Positions 29,345 to 39,404 of a DNA stretch of 64,000 bases are shown in pieces (the first letter of the stretch is position 1; every line of letters begins with the position of its first letter). The notes under the pieces are model-generated. The model saw only the letters and a program-made list of their open reading frames with translations, did no database searches and was not told the DNA's origin. The position numbers and the translations under genes are program-made. This DNA comes from an uncultured delta proteobacterium (GTDB lineage Bacteria; Desulfobacterota; Binatia; UBA9968), in the NCBI GenBank assembly GCA_963771465.1, contig CAVYTU010000015.1, forward strand, positions 448,001 through 512,000, in the 5' to 3' direction.

Positions 29345-30214
29345 CTAATTCAACACCCGCACAAGAAACGCTTGAGCCTCCTCCTCTTGCCGCAACCGCT
29401 GAAAGGCCTCCTCTGCCCTCCGTTTGGAACGAAACAGACCGAACACAGACGAACCGCTCCCCACCATTAAACTCCCGACGGCCCCGAGACGCAATAGTCT
29501 TTGCTTTATGGCGACAATTTTTCGATAGCGCTTGATGGTCACACTTTCCAGATCATTGACCAGCAGCGTAGCGAGATCGTCCAAGGCCGTCGGCGAAGCC
29601 GGAATGCTAGTATTTACGCTATGTTTTGTCAACTTTCTTGGCAGATTTCCATACACCCAAGCGGTCGATACCGCGAAACCGGGATAAACGATCACGATCC
29701 ATGGGCGAAATATTCGGCCGAGGGGCGTTAGGTGCTCACCGATGCCGCGCGCCCGCGCGGGCCGGCCACGAATGAAGAACGGCACATCTGCACCAAGCCG
29801 CAGCGCGATCCGCTCAAGTTGCTTCTCTGACAAACGCAGCTTGAGTAAACGATTTAGACCAACCAAGGTCGCTGCGGCATCCGTACTGCCGCCGCCTAAA
29901 CCGGCGCCCACCGGAATCCGCTTACGAATCCGAATTTCGATCGGCTGATCGCTTTTCGCCCGGGCGAGCAACAGACGCGCAGCCCGATGTGCGAGATTGT
30001 TTTCATCCTCCGGCACCGATGGATAATGACAGACCAATTTGATTTCGGGCCGCGCGAGTTTTTTGGTCTTTGGCGCGCGGCGCAGCTTGCGGATATCGAG
30101 GTCGTCGTAAAGCGACACCGGCAGCATAATCGTATCGAGCAGATGATAACCGTCGGCGCGCCGGCCGACTACTCGCAAGCTTAAATTGATCTTTGCCGGC
30201 GCTCGAATCTTCAC
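29345..30214 (-). CDS. ispE: 4-diphosphocytidyl-2-C-methyl-D-erythritol kinase
   Basis: APAKINL, DGYH, IPVGAGLGGGSTDAA, LGADVPFF. Confidence 0.97.
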   Translation of the reverse strand: MKIRAPAKINLSLRVVGRRADGYHLLDTIMLPVSLYDDLDIRKLRRAPKTKKLARPEIKLVCHYPSVPEDENNLAHRAARLLLARAKSDQPIEIRIRKRIPVGAGLGGGSTDAAATLVGLNRLLKLRLSEKQLERIALRLGADVPFFIRGRPARARGIGEHLTPLGRIFRPWIVIVYPGFAVSTAWVYGNLPRKLTKHSVNTSIPASPTALDDLATLLVNDLESVTIKRYRKIVAIKQRLLRLGAVGSLMVGSGSSVFGLFRSKRRAEEAFQRLRQEEEAQAFLVRVLN

Positions 30215-30264
30215 GCGCCATTAGGTAACATAGCCGTGGTTGAATTGCCAAGAAACGCGCCGAG

Positions 30265-31071
30265 ATGAGTAACGAATGGGTCGATTATTTAAGGGCGGCA
30301 TGGCAAGCCGCGAACGCAGCGGGCGAAATCATCCGCGCTAACTGGCAACAACCGAAAAATATCGACTACAAAGGCGCCATCGACTTGGTCACTTCGGTGG
30401 ACCGTGAGTGCGAGCGAAAAATCGTCCGCATCATACAGGAAAACTTTCCCGGCCATTCGATCTTGGCCGAAGAAGAGACGAATGTTGAAGCTCCCCAGAG
30501 CCCCTACCGCTGGATCATCGATCCGCTCGACGGCACAACCAATTTTGCCCACGGCTACCCGCAGTTGTGCGTCTCCATTGCGCTGGAGCAAAACAGCGAA
30601 ATCATCGTCGGCCTCGTTTACGATCCACTGCGCCGCGAGTGTTTCAGAGCGGTTCGAGGTCAAGGTGCCACACTCAACGGCCAGCCTATACAAACTTCGC
30701 CGGTCAAAGAATTAGACAAAGCTCTGCTCGCCACCGGTTTTCCGTACGATCATCGCGAGCACGCCGATTTTTACCTGAGTTATTTCAAAGCGTTCATGAC
30801 CCGCTGCCAGGGCATCCGTCGTAACGGCGCGGCAGCGCTCGATCTGTGCTACGTCGCCTGCGGCCGCCTCGATGGTTTTTGGGAGTTAAAGCTAAAACCC
30901 TGGGATATCGCCGCCGGCGCGCTTATCGTCGGCGAAGCCGGTGGCAAGCTCAGCAACTTTTCCGGCGCGCCGTTGCTACTTTCGGGCAACGAATCGCTGG
31001 CCGCCAACGCCCAACTTCACGAGGAAATGGTGCGGGTTGCGAGCGCAGTAACGCGATCGCACGTTGACTGA
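30265..31071 (+). CDS. suhB: Inositol monophosphatase family
   Basis: WIIDPLDGTTNF, GAAALDL, WDIAAG. Confidence 0.93.
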   Translation: MSNEWVDYLRAAWQAANAAGEIIRANWQQPKNIDYKGAIDLVTSVDRECERKIVRIIQENFPGHSILAEEETNVEAPQSPYRWIIDPLDGTTNFAHGYPQLCVSIALEQNSEIIVGLVYDPLRRECFRAVRGQGATLNGQPIQTSPVKELDKALLATGFPYDHREHADFYLSYFKAFMTRCQGIRRNGAAALDLCYVACGRLDGFWELKLKPWDIAAGALIVGEAGGKLSNFSGAPLLLSGNESLAANAQLHEEMVRVASAVTRSHVD

Positions 31072-31102
31072 TGTGCCACCCGATGATAGAAAACTTCACC
31101 GC

Positions 31103-31177
31103 GCGCCCGTAGTGAAAAGGATATCACGAAGGCCTCCGAAGCCTTAAGTCCGAGTTCGAGTCTCGGCGGGCGCACCA
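31103..31177 (+). tRNA. tRNA-Arg(CCG)
   Basis: GCGCCCGTAGTGAAAAGGATATCACGAAGGCCTCCGAAGCCTTAAGTCCGAGTTCGAGTCTCGGCGGGCGCACCA. Confidence 0.93.
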
Positions 31178-31201
31178 CCTAATTCCCAAGTAAATTTTTC
31201 G

Positions 31202-31441
31202 CTACGCATTTAAGTCGAGCCTACTGGTGCCGCTAATCGTGTCGCCGAGATCGTCGTTACGGCGATAACGCAATTGATGGATATGCCGCACCACCTGGCC
31301 TTCCGGCTCCGTTCGGCTGGCCACGGCGGTTGTGGAATCGATCTCTTGATGAACAGCCGCCACCGTTTCGGCAATGGATCGTCCGGCACTCGCGGACTCG
31401 TTGGCCGCTACGCTCGTGGCCGTGACGGGATCATTAGCCAT
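31202..31441 (-). pseudogene. Possible degenerate FlaG-like flagellar protein
   Basis: 'EPEGQVVRHI' and C-terminal 'G...LDLNA' resemble FlaG 'tGeVIRQIP...G..lD..a'; flagellar context. Confidence 0.35.
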
Positions 31442-31639
31442 GACGGATGTGGAAAGAAACCGGCGTGCAGCGAAACTTAACTTGCGCGCTCGCAACGGCG
31501 CGGGACTGCGAAGTATCGATGGCACTCAGCCAATGATGGAAGTAAGAAAGTTCAGCGCGGCGAAAAATGGACAGGCGACCGTGGAATCCAGGCGGCCATG
31601 CCAGAGCGAGCGCGGATCGCACAAGACGCAATACGAACG

Positions 31640-31975
31640 CTAAAGCGATCGCTGGAGAAACCCTGGCAAGCCGGGGCTGGCATTGTTGGCGAGAAATTTT
31701 CTAAGACGCCGCGCCGTGGCGATCTCGCCGCCAAGAAGCGTCAATCGCGCATCGAGTCGGGAAAGAATTGTGGCGTCGAGTCCAAGGATCTCGTCGATCA
31801 GGGACTTCACCAAGCGCTGTTCGCTGTCGTCGAGCGGCGCGCTATCAAGCTCACGAAATATTTGGTCGCGTTGGCCGAGCCAATCTTGCAGCCACGATGG
31901 TTCCAACTCGACGTTGGCGACCATCTCGACGCCACCGGCGATGACTCGTTCAAGATCTTCAATGATTGTACGCAT
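31640..31975 (-). CDS. FliT-like flagellar chaperone
   Basis: Helical ~110 aa ('QRDQIF...LIDEILGLDATI'), directly downstream of a fliS C-terminal remnant. Confidence 0.55.
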   Translation of the reverse strand: MRTIIEDLERVIAGGVEMVANVELEPSWLQDWLGQRDQIFRELDSAPLDDSEQRLVKSLIDEILGLDATILSRLDARLTLLGGEIATARRLRKFLANNASPGLPGFLQRSL

Positions 31976-32127
31976 CAAGCACCCCGAGAGCGATTTTCTT
32001 ACGTTGACCGGCGACCGCTTCTTCCCAGCCCGACTTGAGCGTCGTCAAAAGCGTTAACGCCGTAGCCAGCGATAAGCGCATTAACGTCGAGTCCAGAAAT
32101 CAGTCCGCCGATTTGTACGTTGGCAAT
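31960..32127 (-). pseudogene. fliD N-terminus fused out of frame to fliS C-terminus (deletion scar)
   Basis: Frame A: (I)ANVQIGGLISGLDVNALI, FliD-like start; frame B after about 32065: ALTLLTTLKSGWEEAVAGQ, FliS-like C-terminal helix. Confidence 0.75.
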
Positions 32128-32146
32128 ATTGCGTTCTCTGAAATGT

Positions 32147-32173
32147 AAATCGGAAGAATCGCGACAGTCTTTA
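32147..32173 (-). promoter_or_regulatory. Sigma28 (FliA) promoter for the fliD-fliS-fliT remnant
   Basis: TAAAGACT-N11-TCCGATTT versus consensus TAAAGTTT-N11-GCCGATAA. Confidence 0.65.
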
Positions 32174-32262
32174 GCGCAAAACAACCCTGCGGTTCAGCAA
32201 AAGCGAGGAGCCACCGAGTTGTGAGTAGTTTCTTCATGAGACGTTTTTCAATTTAATTGAAA

Positions 32263-32397
32263 AATTCTCTGGCAGCCACGGCTAGAGCCGTGTCTGGAGA
32301 TCGGGAGAAATGCTTGGCTAGCGGCTGTAACGGCTACCTTGCCAAGCCTTTTACACACAGGGAGTTGGATGCCGCAATCAGGAAGTTGGTAACGTAA
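32263..32397 (+). pseudogene. C-terminal fragment of a receiver (REC) domain
   Basis: LAATARAVSGDREKCLASGCNGYLAKPFTHRELDAAIRKLVT*, N-terminal half absent. Confidence 0.7.
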
Positions 32398-32527
32398 TCC
32401 CGCTTACGGTTTTCCCAATCTATGATTTAAAACGGTAAAGGGGGAATAGAGGTGTTTACTGTTATTATAGCGCCTGTTGCCAGCCGACTTTGTCGGTAGG
32501 CTTCAACGTCAATGGCTCCCCATGCTG

Positions 32528-33349
32528 CTACTCAACAGCGAAAGCGACCTTTTTATCCCGACAGCGTTTTATCTGGACACACCGTTGTTCGACGTTGACA
32601 CCGAGCGCTGCGCGCAGCTGTGTCACCACCTGACCGAAAATTTGGCAAATGCGTCCTTCGCTGAGGTTCAAGATCTCGCCGATTTCGCGCAAGGTGTGTT
32701 CTTCATGATAGTAAAGCGTCATGATTAAGCGTTGCCGTTCGGGCAGGTTTTCAATGGCCGCGCTTAACTTGACGATGAGGTCATTGCCTTCAACGGAGTT
32801 GAATGGATCAGAAAAGCAATTGTGGTCGAAGTTTTCCTGGGCGCATTCCCAATCCGCCGCCGAATCGATCGACCAATCTTCGAGGCTCAGAAGCGTCGCG
32901 TCGTTTACCTGTTGGTCGAGTCGAAAATAGGTTTTCAGCGGGATCACAAGTTCTTTGGCCATCTCGTCGGCGTTAGGTTCTCGGATAAGTTTTGCGACGA
33001 GCCTGGTCCGGGCGGCTTCCATCTTGCGTCCCCAAGACCGCACCGAACGGCTCACCCAATCGAGCGAACGCAGGCACTGTATCACTTCGCCATGGATACG
33101 ATAACGGGCGTAGACTTCGAACTCTACGCAGCGCTTGGGATCGAAGCGCTCGAACGCTTCCAAAAGGCCGACCACGCCGGAATGAATCAGCGACTCCAGG
33201 TCGACACCTGGCGGCAGCCGGCGGTAGATTTTTATCGCGATGAAACGAACCAACGGAAGATATTTTTCGATCAGCTCTTCTTTCGCCGTCGCGTCGACCT
33301 GACTAGAACGCTGCGGCTCTTCGGATTGCTGTTTTTGCGTAACCGTCAT
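32528..33349 (-). CDS. fliA: FliA/WhiG-family RNA polymerase sigma factor (sigma28)
   Basis: LPLVRFIA, GVVGLLEA, YARYRIHGE, DWVSRSVR, LYYHEEHTLREIGEILNLSEGRICQI. Confidence 0.93.
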   Translation of the reverse strand: MTVTQKQQSEEPQRSSQVDATAKEELIEKYLPLVRFIAIKIYRRLPPGVDLESLIHSGVVGLLEAFERFDPKRCVEFEVYARYRIHGEVIQCLRSLDWVSRSVRSWGRKMEAARTRLVAKLIREPNADEMAKELVIPLKTYFRLDQQVNDATLLSLEDWSIDSAADWECAQENFDHNCFSDPFNSVEGNDLIVKLSAAIENLPERQRLIMTLYYHEEHTLREIGEILNLSEGRICQIFGQVVTQLRAALGVNVEQRCVQIKRCRDKKVAFAVE

Positions 33350-34267
33350 CGTTCTTCCTTCCCTGCCTCCAACATACGGCGAAAGAAAAATTGCAGATTG
33401 CCTTTGACTTTGACCCGCTCAACGGTTCTCTGAAGAAGTTTTTCCGCCAGGCGGGCAAAGGCTCTCGCTGACGGCGTCGACGCATCATTGCCGACCACGG
33501 TTTGCGCCCGCGCCACCGCCAACAGGAGTTTCGGGTCCCGGGGAATCCAATCAAGAAAGTCCAGCGAGACATTTAACAAGCGCAATGCCGTGCGAGACAG
33601 AGTGTTGAAAAGATGACGTGCATCCTCCTCATCGGAGACATTATTGGCAAGCACCCAAAAACGCTGCTTGCGATACTGTGACAACAATACTTTTACCAAT
33701 GCGTAGGCGGCGGTCATCGATGCCGGCTCTGGTGTCACCACCAAAATAATCTCCTGCGCCGCGCTAATGAAATAGGTGACCGCATCCGAAATACCGCTGC
33801 CGGTATCGACCAACACCAGATCCATCTCATGGGTGAGCAGATCGAGCTCAGTCAACAACGCGACCTTTTGCTCGGCGCTCAGAGTTGTGATTGCTTGGAC
33901 GCCGCTGGCGCCGGGCATGACCAAAAATGCCGTCTTGGTTAGTTAGGATAATTTCATCGAGCGCGGCCTTGCCGGCAAAAAAATCAGCCAGGGTAAACGT
34001 CGGCTTAACGCCGAGAAGCAAATCCAAATTGGCCAAGCCGAGATCGGCATCGATCACCAGCACTCGCTTGTTCAGATGGCTGAGCGCGACGGCGAGATTG
34101 GCCACTACATTGGTCTTGCCGACGCCGCCCTTGCCACTCGTAACGGAGAACACCGGCGCGACCCGGTGCGGCTTGATGTCGGCGCGGGAAGCGCGCCGCG
34201 CCGGCACAGCGATTGGCGCCAGTGAGCTGAGCCGTGGCTGGATTTCGAAATGGGTGGACTCACTCAT
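33346..34267 (-). CDS. flhG: FlhG/FleN MinD-like ATPase (frameshift near 33925)
   Basis: TSGKGGVGKT, DADLGLAN, DTGSGIS, VTPEPAS; directly upstream of fliA. Confidence 0.88.
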
Positions 34268-34366
34268 GCTGATCTCCCGTTACCAGTAAGCTAGCGAAAC
34301 CACGGGCTGTGCGGCCGCCAAATCCTCAACTGGTCATTGCCCGAATGTGCTGCGAGAAAGCGGCAC
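34260..34366 (-). pseudogene. Degenerate C-terminal remnant of flhF
   Basis: VPLSRSTFGQ*PVEDLAAAQP resembles FlhF C-terminal 'PisYittGQrVPEDL'; canonical position before flhG; internal stop. Confidence 0.6.
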
Positions 34367-34442
34367 GGTGACACCGATGGATAAAACTCCGCGATGTTGT
34401 TGATAATCATTTTCATGACTCCGATTCGCTCGCTCTTCCTAG

Positions 34443-34458
34443 AGCAACGCAGATGCCA
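34443..34458 (-). promoter_or_regulatory. Sigma54 (-24/-12) promoter upstream of flhF'-flhG-fliA
   Basis: TGGCATCTGCGTTGCT (GG-N10-GC). Confidence 0.7.
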
Positions 34459-34945
34459 TCGGCTAGCACTTGAAAATTATTGAAGATTTCGAAGTTGAGC
34501 GGGGAATTTACCAATGGGCAGCGTCAATAAATCCAACCATGGCGTCAGTAAATTGGCGCTGCGAAGGGTTAACAACGGCTCGCCGCCAGGCAATCGGATA
34601 ACCGCGGCACTGTGTGATTTAATGGAGGCTAGTAGAGAAACTTTTCGACAGTTTGGACTCTTTACAACAATCTTGGGAACATGGCGCAACACTTCGAAGT
34701 CATCGAGCTTGAGAAGCATCAAGTCGAGGGAGGCTAACCGCAAAGCGAGTGCCACCAAACCCTTGAAAGGATCGTGGCAAGAGACTCTGCTAGCACAAAA
34801 GGATCGCAGCTTGAAAGTAAAAGCGGTGATGAGAGTTTAGCGCAGGCCCAATTGTTGTGCGGAGAACTTAGAACGTTCGCAAAGCGTCAAAGTCGTCTTT
34901 GATGCTGGCGTCGCCGCTGGCTTCGCGGCAGGCCGCCGCTCGCCC

Positions 34946-36956
34946 CTAGGCCTTGGCCAATTCTTCTACCTTAATTGGCTTGCTCAAGTAGTCGTCCATG
35001 CCGACGCCGAGATAACGTTCACGGTCGCCTCGTAGCGCGTTGGCCGTCAACGCGATGATCCACGGACGTTGCTCGCCGAATTGATCTCTGATTTTGGCAG
35101 TCGCTTGCACCCCGTCCATCTCCGGCATCTGCACATCCATCAGCACCACATCATAACTTTGCCGCCCCACTGCATCCACCGCTTCTTTGCCGTTCGACGC
35201 GACATCGGCCCGATATCCCATCCGATCGAGAATCTTGAGCGCCACTTTCTGATTGACCACGTTGTCTTCGGCCAGCAAGATACGCAAAGGATGATTCGCC
35301 CCAATACTTTGATCGACCACCGTCTTCACCTTCACCGCTTCACTCGACCGAGCGCCAAAAACCGATAGGGCGTCCAATAGCTGCGCCTCCTTCACCGGCT
35401 TGGTTAGCACCGCGTCGAATAGATCGACCATGATCTCGCGCCGTCCCATCGAACTCAGCATGATCAGCGGCAGCGATCGGCAATCTTGCAGAGTGCGTAT
35501 CTTGGTTGCCAACTCCACACCATCCATCGCGGGCATCTGCATGTCGAGTATCGCTACGTCGAACTTGTCGTTACTCGCCAAAATCGCTAACGCTTCCACG
35601 CCCGACGCCACTGCAACCGCGCTCATCCCTTGGGATTCCAGTTGGTGCTTGAGAATCCTTCGGTTCACCGCTAGATCATCGACCACCAAGGTGCGTTTGC
35701 CTTGAGTTCCGAGCGATCGGTGATGGGTCGCAGCGCGCGTTCTTCCTTACTGACGATGGTAAAAGAGAACGTCGATCCCTTTCCCTCTTCGCTCTGGACC
35801 CAAATCCTGCCGCCCATCAACTCGACTAACTGCTTGGAGATCGCCAAGCCAAGACCCGTGCCGCCGTACACGCGCGTGGTCGAGGAGTCGACTTGGCTGA
35901 ATGATTTAAACAGCCGGTCCATGCGCTCCGCGGAGGATGCCGATGCCGGTGTCCTTGACCGAGAAAGTGATTTCAAGATTGCCGTTGCTCTGCTCGGCAC
36001 CGCGTTTCACTTCGATCAGCACCATCCCTTCAGGCGTAAATTTCACCGCGTTGTTGGTCAGGTTGACCAACACCTGGCGCACCCGGGCGAGATCGCCCAG
36101 CACGCCCCACGGCACAGTCGGATCGATCGCGTAAACCAGCTCGATATTTTTCTCCGTCGCCCGCGGCAACACCAGATCGGCGGTCTCTTCGATGCATTGA
36201 CGGATATCGAACGCTGCGCGCTCGACCACCAATTCCCCGCTTCGATCTTGGAAAAATCCAAAATGTCGTTGATCAGATCCAACAGAGCGTTGCCACCGTT
36301 GCGGATGGTATCGACGAATTCGCATTGTTCGCTATTCAAATCTGTATCGAGCAGCAAACCCGTCGTGCCGATCACAGCATTCATCGGCGTGCGAATCTCA
36401 TGGCTCATGTTCGCCAAAAAATCGCTCTTGGCTCGGGTCGCCGCCTCCGCGACATCTTTCGCTTGCGCCAATTGTTTGGTCTGCTCCAGACTTTGCTCGT
36501 AGAGCTGCGCGTGGTGGATCGCGACCGCCAACTGGCCAGCGAGAACATGCACAAACTCCAGCTCTTCCTGAGTGACTTTGCCTTCCTGGGTTGTCGCCAG
36601 TGACAAGACTCCGATCACCGAATCTCTGTTTGACAGCGGCACACCGACGTACCATGACAAATTGTGGCGGCGGTAGTATTCAGGAATGGCACAGCTGGGT
36701 CATTTGCCGCATCCGTGATCAAAACGGCTTGCTTACTATCGACGACCGACTGGGCGAAGCTGGCCTTTTTTTCGCCCACGAATAACGGGCCGTGGTCCTC
36801 ACCAAACAGATCATGCGAAGCTTCGAGTTCAAGTTCGCCGGTGTTTTGATTGACCAACCGGATCGTCGACAGCGCCGAGAACGACAGGTAGGATTCAATT
36901 CTTTTTAATACCAGGTCGAGAATTTCATCCAACCTTAAGCTTAGTTTCATCGCCAA
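34946..36956 (-). CDS. Hybrid histidine kinase GAF-HisKA-HATPase-REC-REC, at least 4 frameshifts (pseudogene or sequence error)
   Basis: [39 protein letters not shown], two REC domains; pieces in ORFs 36615-36956, 36058-36660, 35906-36325, 35671-36000, 34946-35689. Confidence 0.85.
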
Positions 36957-37049
36957 TCTTTTGCTCGATGTGATCGCCGCCGCAGGGAAGTTTTTTGACC
37001 GTTGTTGATGCGCATGAGCCTAAGGCTTGAGCTAACCCATGCGCCGGAC

Positions 37050-37991
37050 CTAGGCTTTTCGGAGCTCCACCGCGCCGGGTGCGGGGACAAGCCACTCGAC
37101 ACGGTTTCGCCCCAGTTCCTTGGCGTGGTACAGCGCCCTATCCGCCGCGACAATAAGCGCTTCAGAATCTCGCACCTCGCCCATTGTCGTCGCGCTCACG
37201 CCGAAACTAGCGCTAACTTCGATCGGCCCGCTCGAAGATTGAACCGGCGTGGAGCAAAGGTTGCTCCGCACGCGCTCGGCGAGTTTGAACGTCTCGGCCA
37301 AATCACAGTTGGCCGCGACAATCAGAAATTCCTCGCCGCCGTAACGGCCCACTCTGTCATAGGGGCGGATGGACTCGGTCAGCCGCTTGGCCACCTCCTG
37401 TAAGACTTCATCGCCGCGCGCGTGGCCCAAGGTATCGTTAATCCGTTTGAAATGATCGATGTCCAGCAAGATCACGCCAACTGGACTGCGCTCGCGCTCG
37501 GTACGCGCCAATTCCTCCTGGAGACGCGCGAGCACGATTCTACGGTTCCACAAACCGGTCAGCGAATCGCGATCGGCCAAGATCTGCAGCTGCGCTTGGG
37601 CCGCCAACAGTTCACGTTGCAAGTCCAGAATGCGCCGCCCCGCCCGCAGCCGCGCGTTAAGTTCGGCGGGTTTGAACGGCTTGGTCATGTAATCGTCGGC
37701 GCCCGCTTCTATTCCTTTCACCAAGTGGTCGAGTGTGTCCATGCCCGTAAGCAAGATCACGTAGACGTAGACCGCATCCTTGCGCGCGCGCAGCTTGTGG
37801 CAGATATCGACTCCCGTCATGCCCGGCATCATCCAGTCAAGTATCGCAATCTCGGGGGCGTTGGGTTGCTCCAATACCGACCAGGCCTGGTCGCCGTCCT
37901 CCGCGACCTCGACCCGATAGTCGAGCCGGGTCAGGCCCGACAGCAGCAGCGTGCGCATTATCGAGTCATCGTCGGCAATAAGTATTTTCAT
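37050..37991 (-). CDS. REC-GGDEF diguanylate cyclase (WspR/PleD-like)
   Basis: MKILIADDD, LDWMMPG, DSLTGLWN, DIDHFKRIND, RPYD I-site, YGGEEF. Confidence 0.93.
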   Translation of the reverse strand: MKILIADDDSIMRTLLLSGLTRLDYRVEVAEDGDQAWSVLEQPNAPEIAILDWMMPGMTGVDICHKLRARKDAVYVYVILLTGMDTLDHLVKGIEAGADDYMTKPFKPAELNARLRAGRRILDLQRELLAAQAQLQILADRDSLTGLWNRRIVLARLQEELARTERERSPVGVILLDIDHFKRINDTLGHARGDEVLQEVAKRLTESIRPYDRVGRYGGEEFLIVAANCDLAETFKLAERVRSNLCSTPVQSSSGPIEVSASFGVSATTMGEVRDSEALIVAADRALYHAKELGRNRVEWLVPAPGAVELRKA

Positions 37992-38060
37992 GTTCGGCTG
38001 ATTTGTCGGAACAATCACTTCAAAGGCTTCCAGCGCTACACGCTGGGAACCGCAGTCACA

Positions 38061-38392
38061 TTATCGCTCGTGGGCGATGAATTGGTTGGTCGCCGCGATG
38101 ACGCGCACGTCGACTTCGACGCCGTGATCGCTGCCCACCGGTTCGAATTGGCGCTCCTGCAGCACACGCAGCAATTTCACTTGCAGTTTGGGACTCAATT
38201 CGCCGATCTCATCGAGAAACAGCGTGCCGCGGTGGGCGAGCTGAAAGCGCCCTGGCGGGCATTGACCGGTAAACGCGCCGCGCACGTGGCCGAATAGTTC
38301 GCTCTCCAATAACTCTTCGGGAATCGCGCCGCAGTTGACCGGTACAAAAGATTGATCGCGGCGCAGACTCAGGTCGTGAATCGAGTCAACCA
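38061..38392 (-). pseudogene. Internal fragment of a sigma54 enhancer-binding AAA+ domain (FleQ/FlrA-like)
   Basis: [25 protein letters not shown]...[24 protein letters not shown]...VIAATN; lacks Walker A and the C-terminal HTH. Confidence 0.8.
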
Positions 38393-38547
38393 TGATAGTA
38401 ACCGAGCAGGCAGCCGTAGCCAAAAGTTAGCAGCCGTTCAACCCATATTGTGTAGCTGAAATTCAATCAGCGCGTGAGCCCAGATCCTGCCGTAGTGAAG
38501 CCAATGAGCCGCTGTCGCTGATTGAAATTAGAACTGCGGAATCCTAC

Positions 38548-39078
38548 TTAAAATTTGGCGTGATCGTGCAGTAACTTGAGTCGCGATTCTATCGTGTCGC
38601 TCAAACTAGCCGCCAGCACGTAATCGGGCATCGGCTCGGGCAATGCACCGAGGCTCGCTAGCCGTCGGTTCAGGGTGGTCAGAAGTTCGTGGCGCTTTTG
38701 ATATTCGTCCATGCGATCGACACAGGTCAGGATGCACCGATCAATTTTCGTTAGACATTCGTTCAGCGCCGCTTGATCGTGCACCGACTGCTCACGTAGT
38801 CGCGCCACTTGCAAGTCGACGACTTGACGCGCGATGGGCTGCACGCGTTGCTCGATCTGGGTTTGCATATCGCGGAGCGCCCGTTGCAAGCGGCCGTAAA
38901 CTTGATCATCTCCGGAAGGTTGCGGCGCGGCTTCGGTTACCGGCGCGGCCGGATCCGGGGTGGACGATTCGCTCCGGCTTAGCGACCCGAGAACGGAATG
39001 AATGCTAGAAATTTTTTCCAGCACCTTGCTTCGGTCGTCTAAGAGGCTTTGCAGTTGCTTGATCGGATCGAGATCCAT
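38548..39078 (-). CDS. Hypothetical coiled-coil protein
   Basis: 176-aa ORF with heptad-rich helices, co-oriented behind the HTH gene. Confidence 0.65.
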   Translation of the reverse strand: MDLDPIKQLQSLLDDRSKVLEKISSIHSVLGSLSRSESSTPDPAAPVTEAAPQPSGDDQVYGRLQRALRDMQTQIEQRVQPIARQVVDLQVARLREQSVHDQAALNECLTKIDRCILTCVDRMDEYQKRHELLTTLNRRLASLGALPEPMPDYVLAASLSDTIESRLKLLHDHAKF

Positions 39079-39105
39079 CAGTCAACCAGACGGCAACTCG
39101 AACAA

Positions 39106-39327
39106 CTATTTGCCGCCGTTGGCCACGGCGCGCATTTCGCTCTCGCCATTGTCCGCCATGCCCATGGTGCGGCTCGATACCAGCTCCAAAACATCGTTGC
39201 GGCTAAAACGCCAGCTACGGCCGATGCGGCTACCCGGAATGACGCCTTTTTCAGCAAGCTTGTAAACTGTTTTTAGATGAATCTTCAGAAGCGTTGCGAC
39301 TTCTGAGGGTGTCATGATTTCTTCCAT
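39106..39327 (-). CDS. Small excisionase-like (HTH_17) DNA-binding protein
   Basis: IMTPSEVATLLKIHLKTVYKLAEKGVIPGSRIGRSWRF; AGGAG RBS. Confidence 0.88.
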   Translation of the reverse strand: MEEIMTPSEVATLLKIHLKTVYKLAEKGVIPGSRIGRSWRFSRNDVLELVSSRTMGMADNGESEMRAVANGGK

Positions 39328-39387
39328 CCGATGTTCTCCTTTTGCTAACTATATTGGCCCGAGGCTACTCATTGCTGGTGGAGAAAC

Positions 39388-39404
39388 AGCAGGTCTCGTG
39401 CCAA
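39388..39404 (-). promoter_or_regulatory. Sigma54 promoter
   Basis: TTGGCACGAGACCTGCT about 60 nt upstream of ATG 39327. Confidence 0.72.

Noticed and set aside
34387-34416. Flagellin N-terminus remnant (MKMIINNIAE)
   Set aside because: Too short to distinguish from chance similarity to M-x-I-N-x-N-I
34775-34791. Sigma54 promoter TGGCAAGAGACTCTGCT
   Set aside because: GG-GC spacing is 11 nt rather than 10 and no gene follows on that strand
34514-34840. 108-aa ORF on the + strand
   Set aside because: No family resemblance; it overlaps the probable enhancer region of the sigma54 promoter
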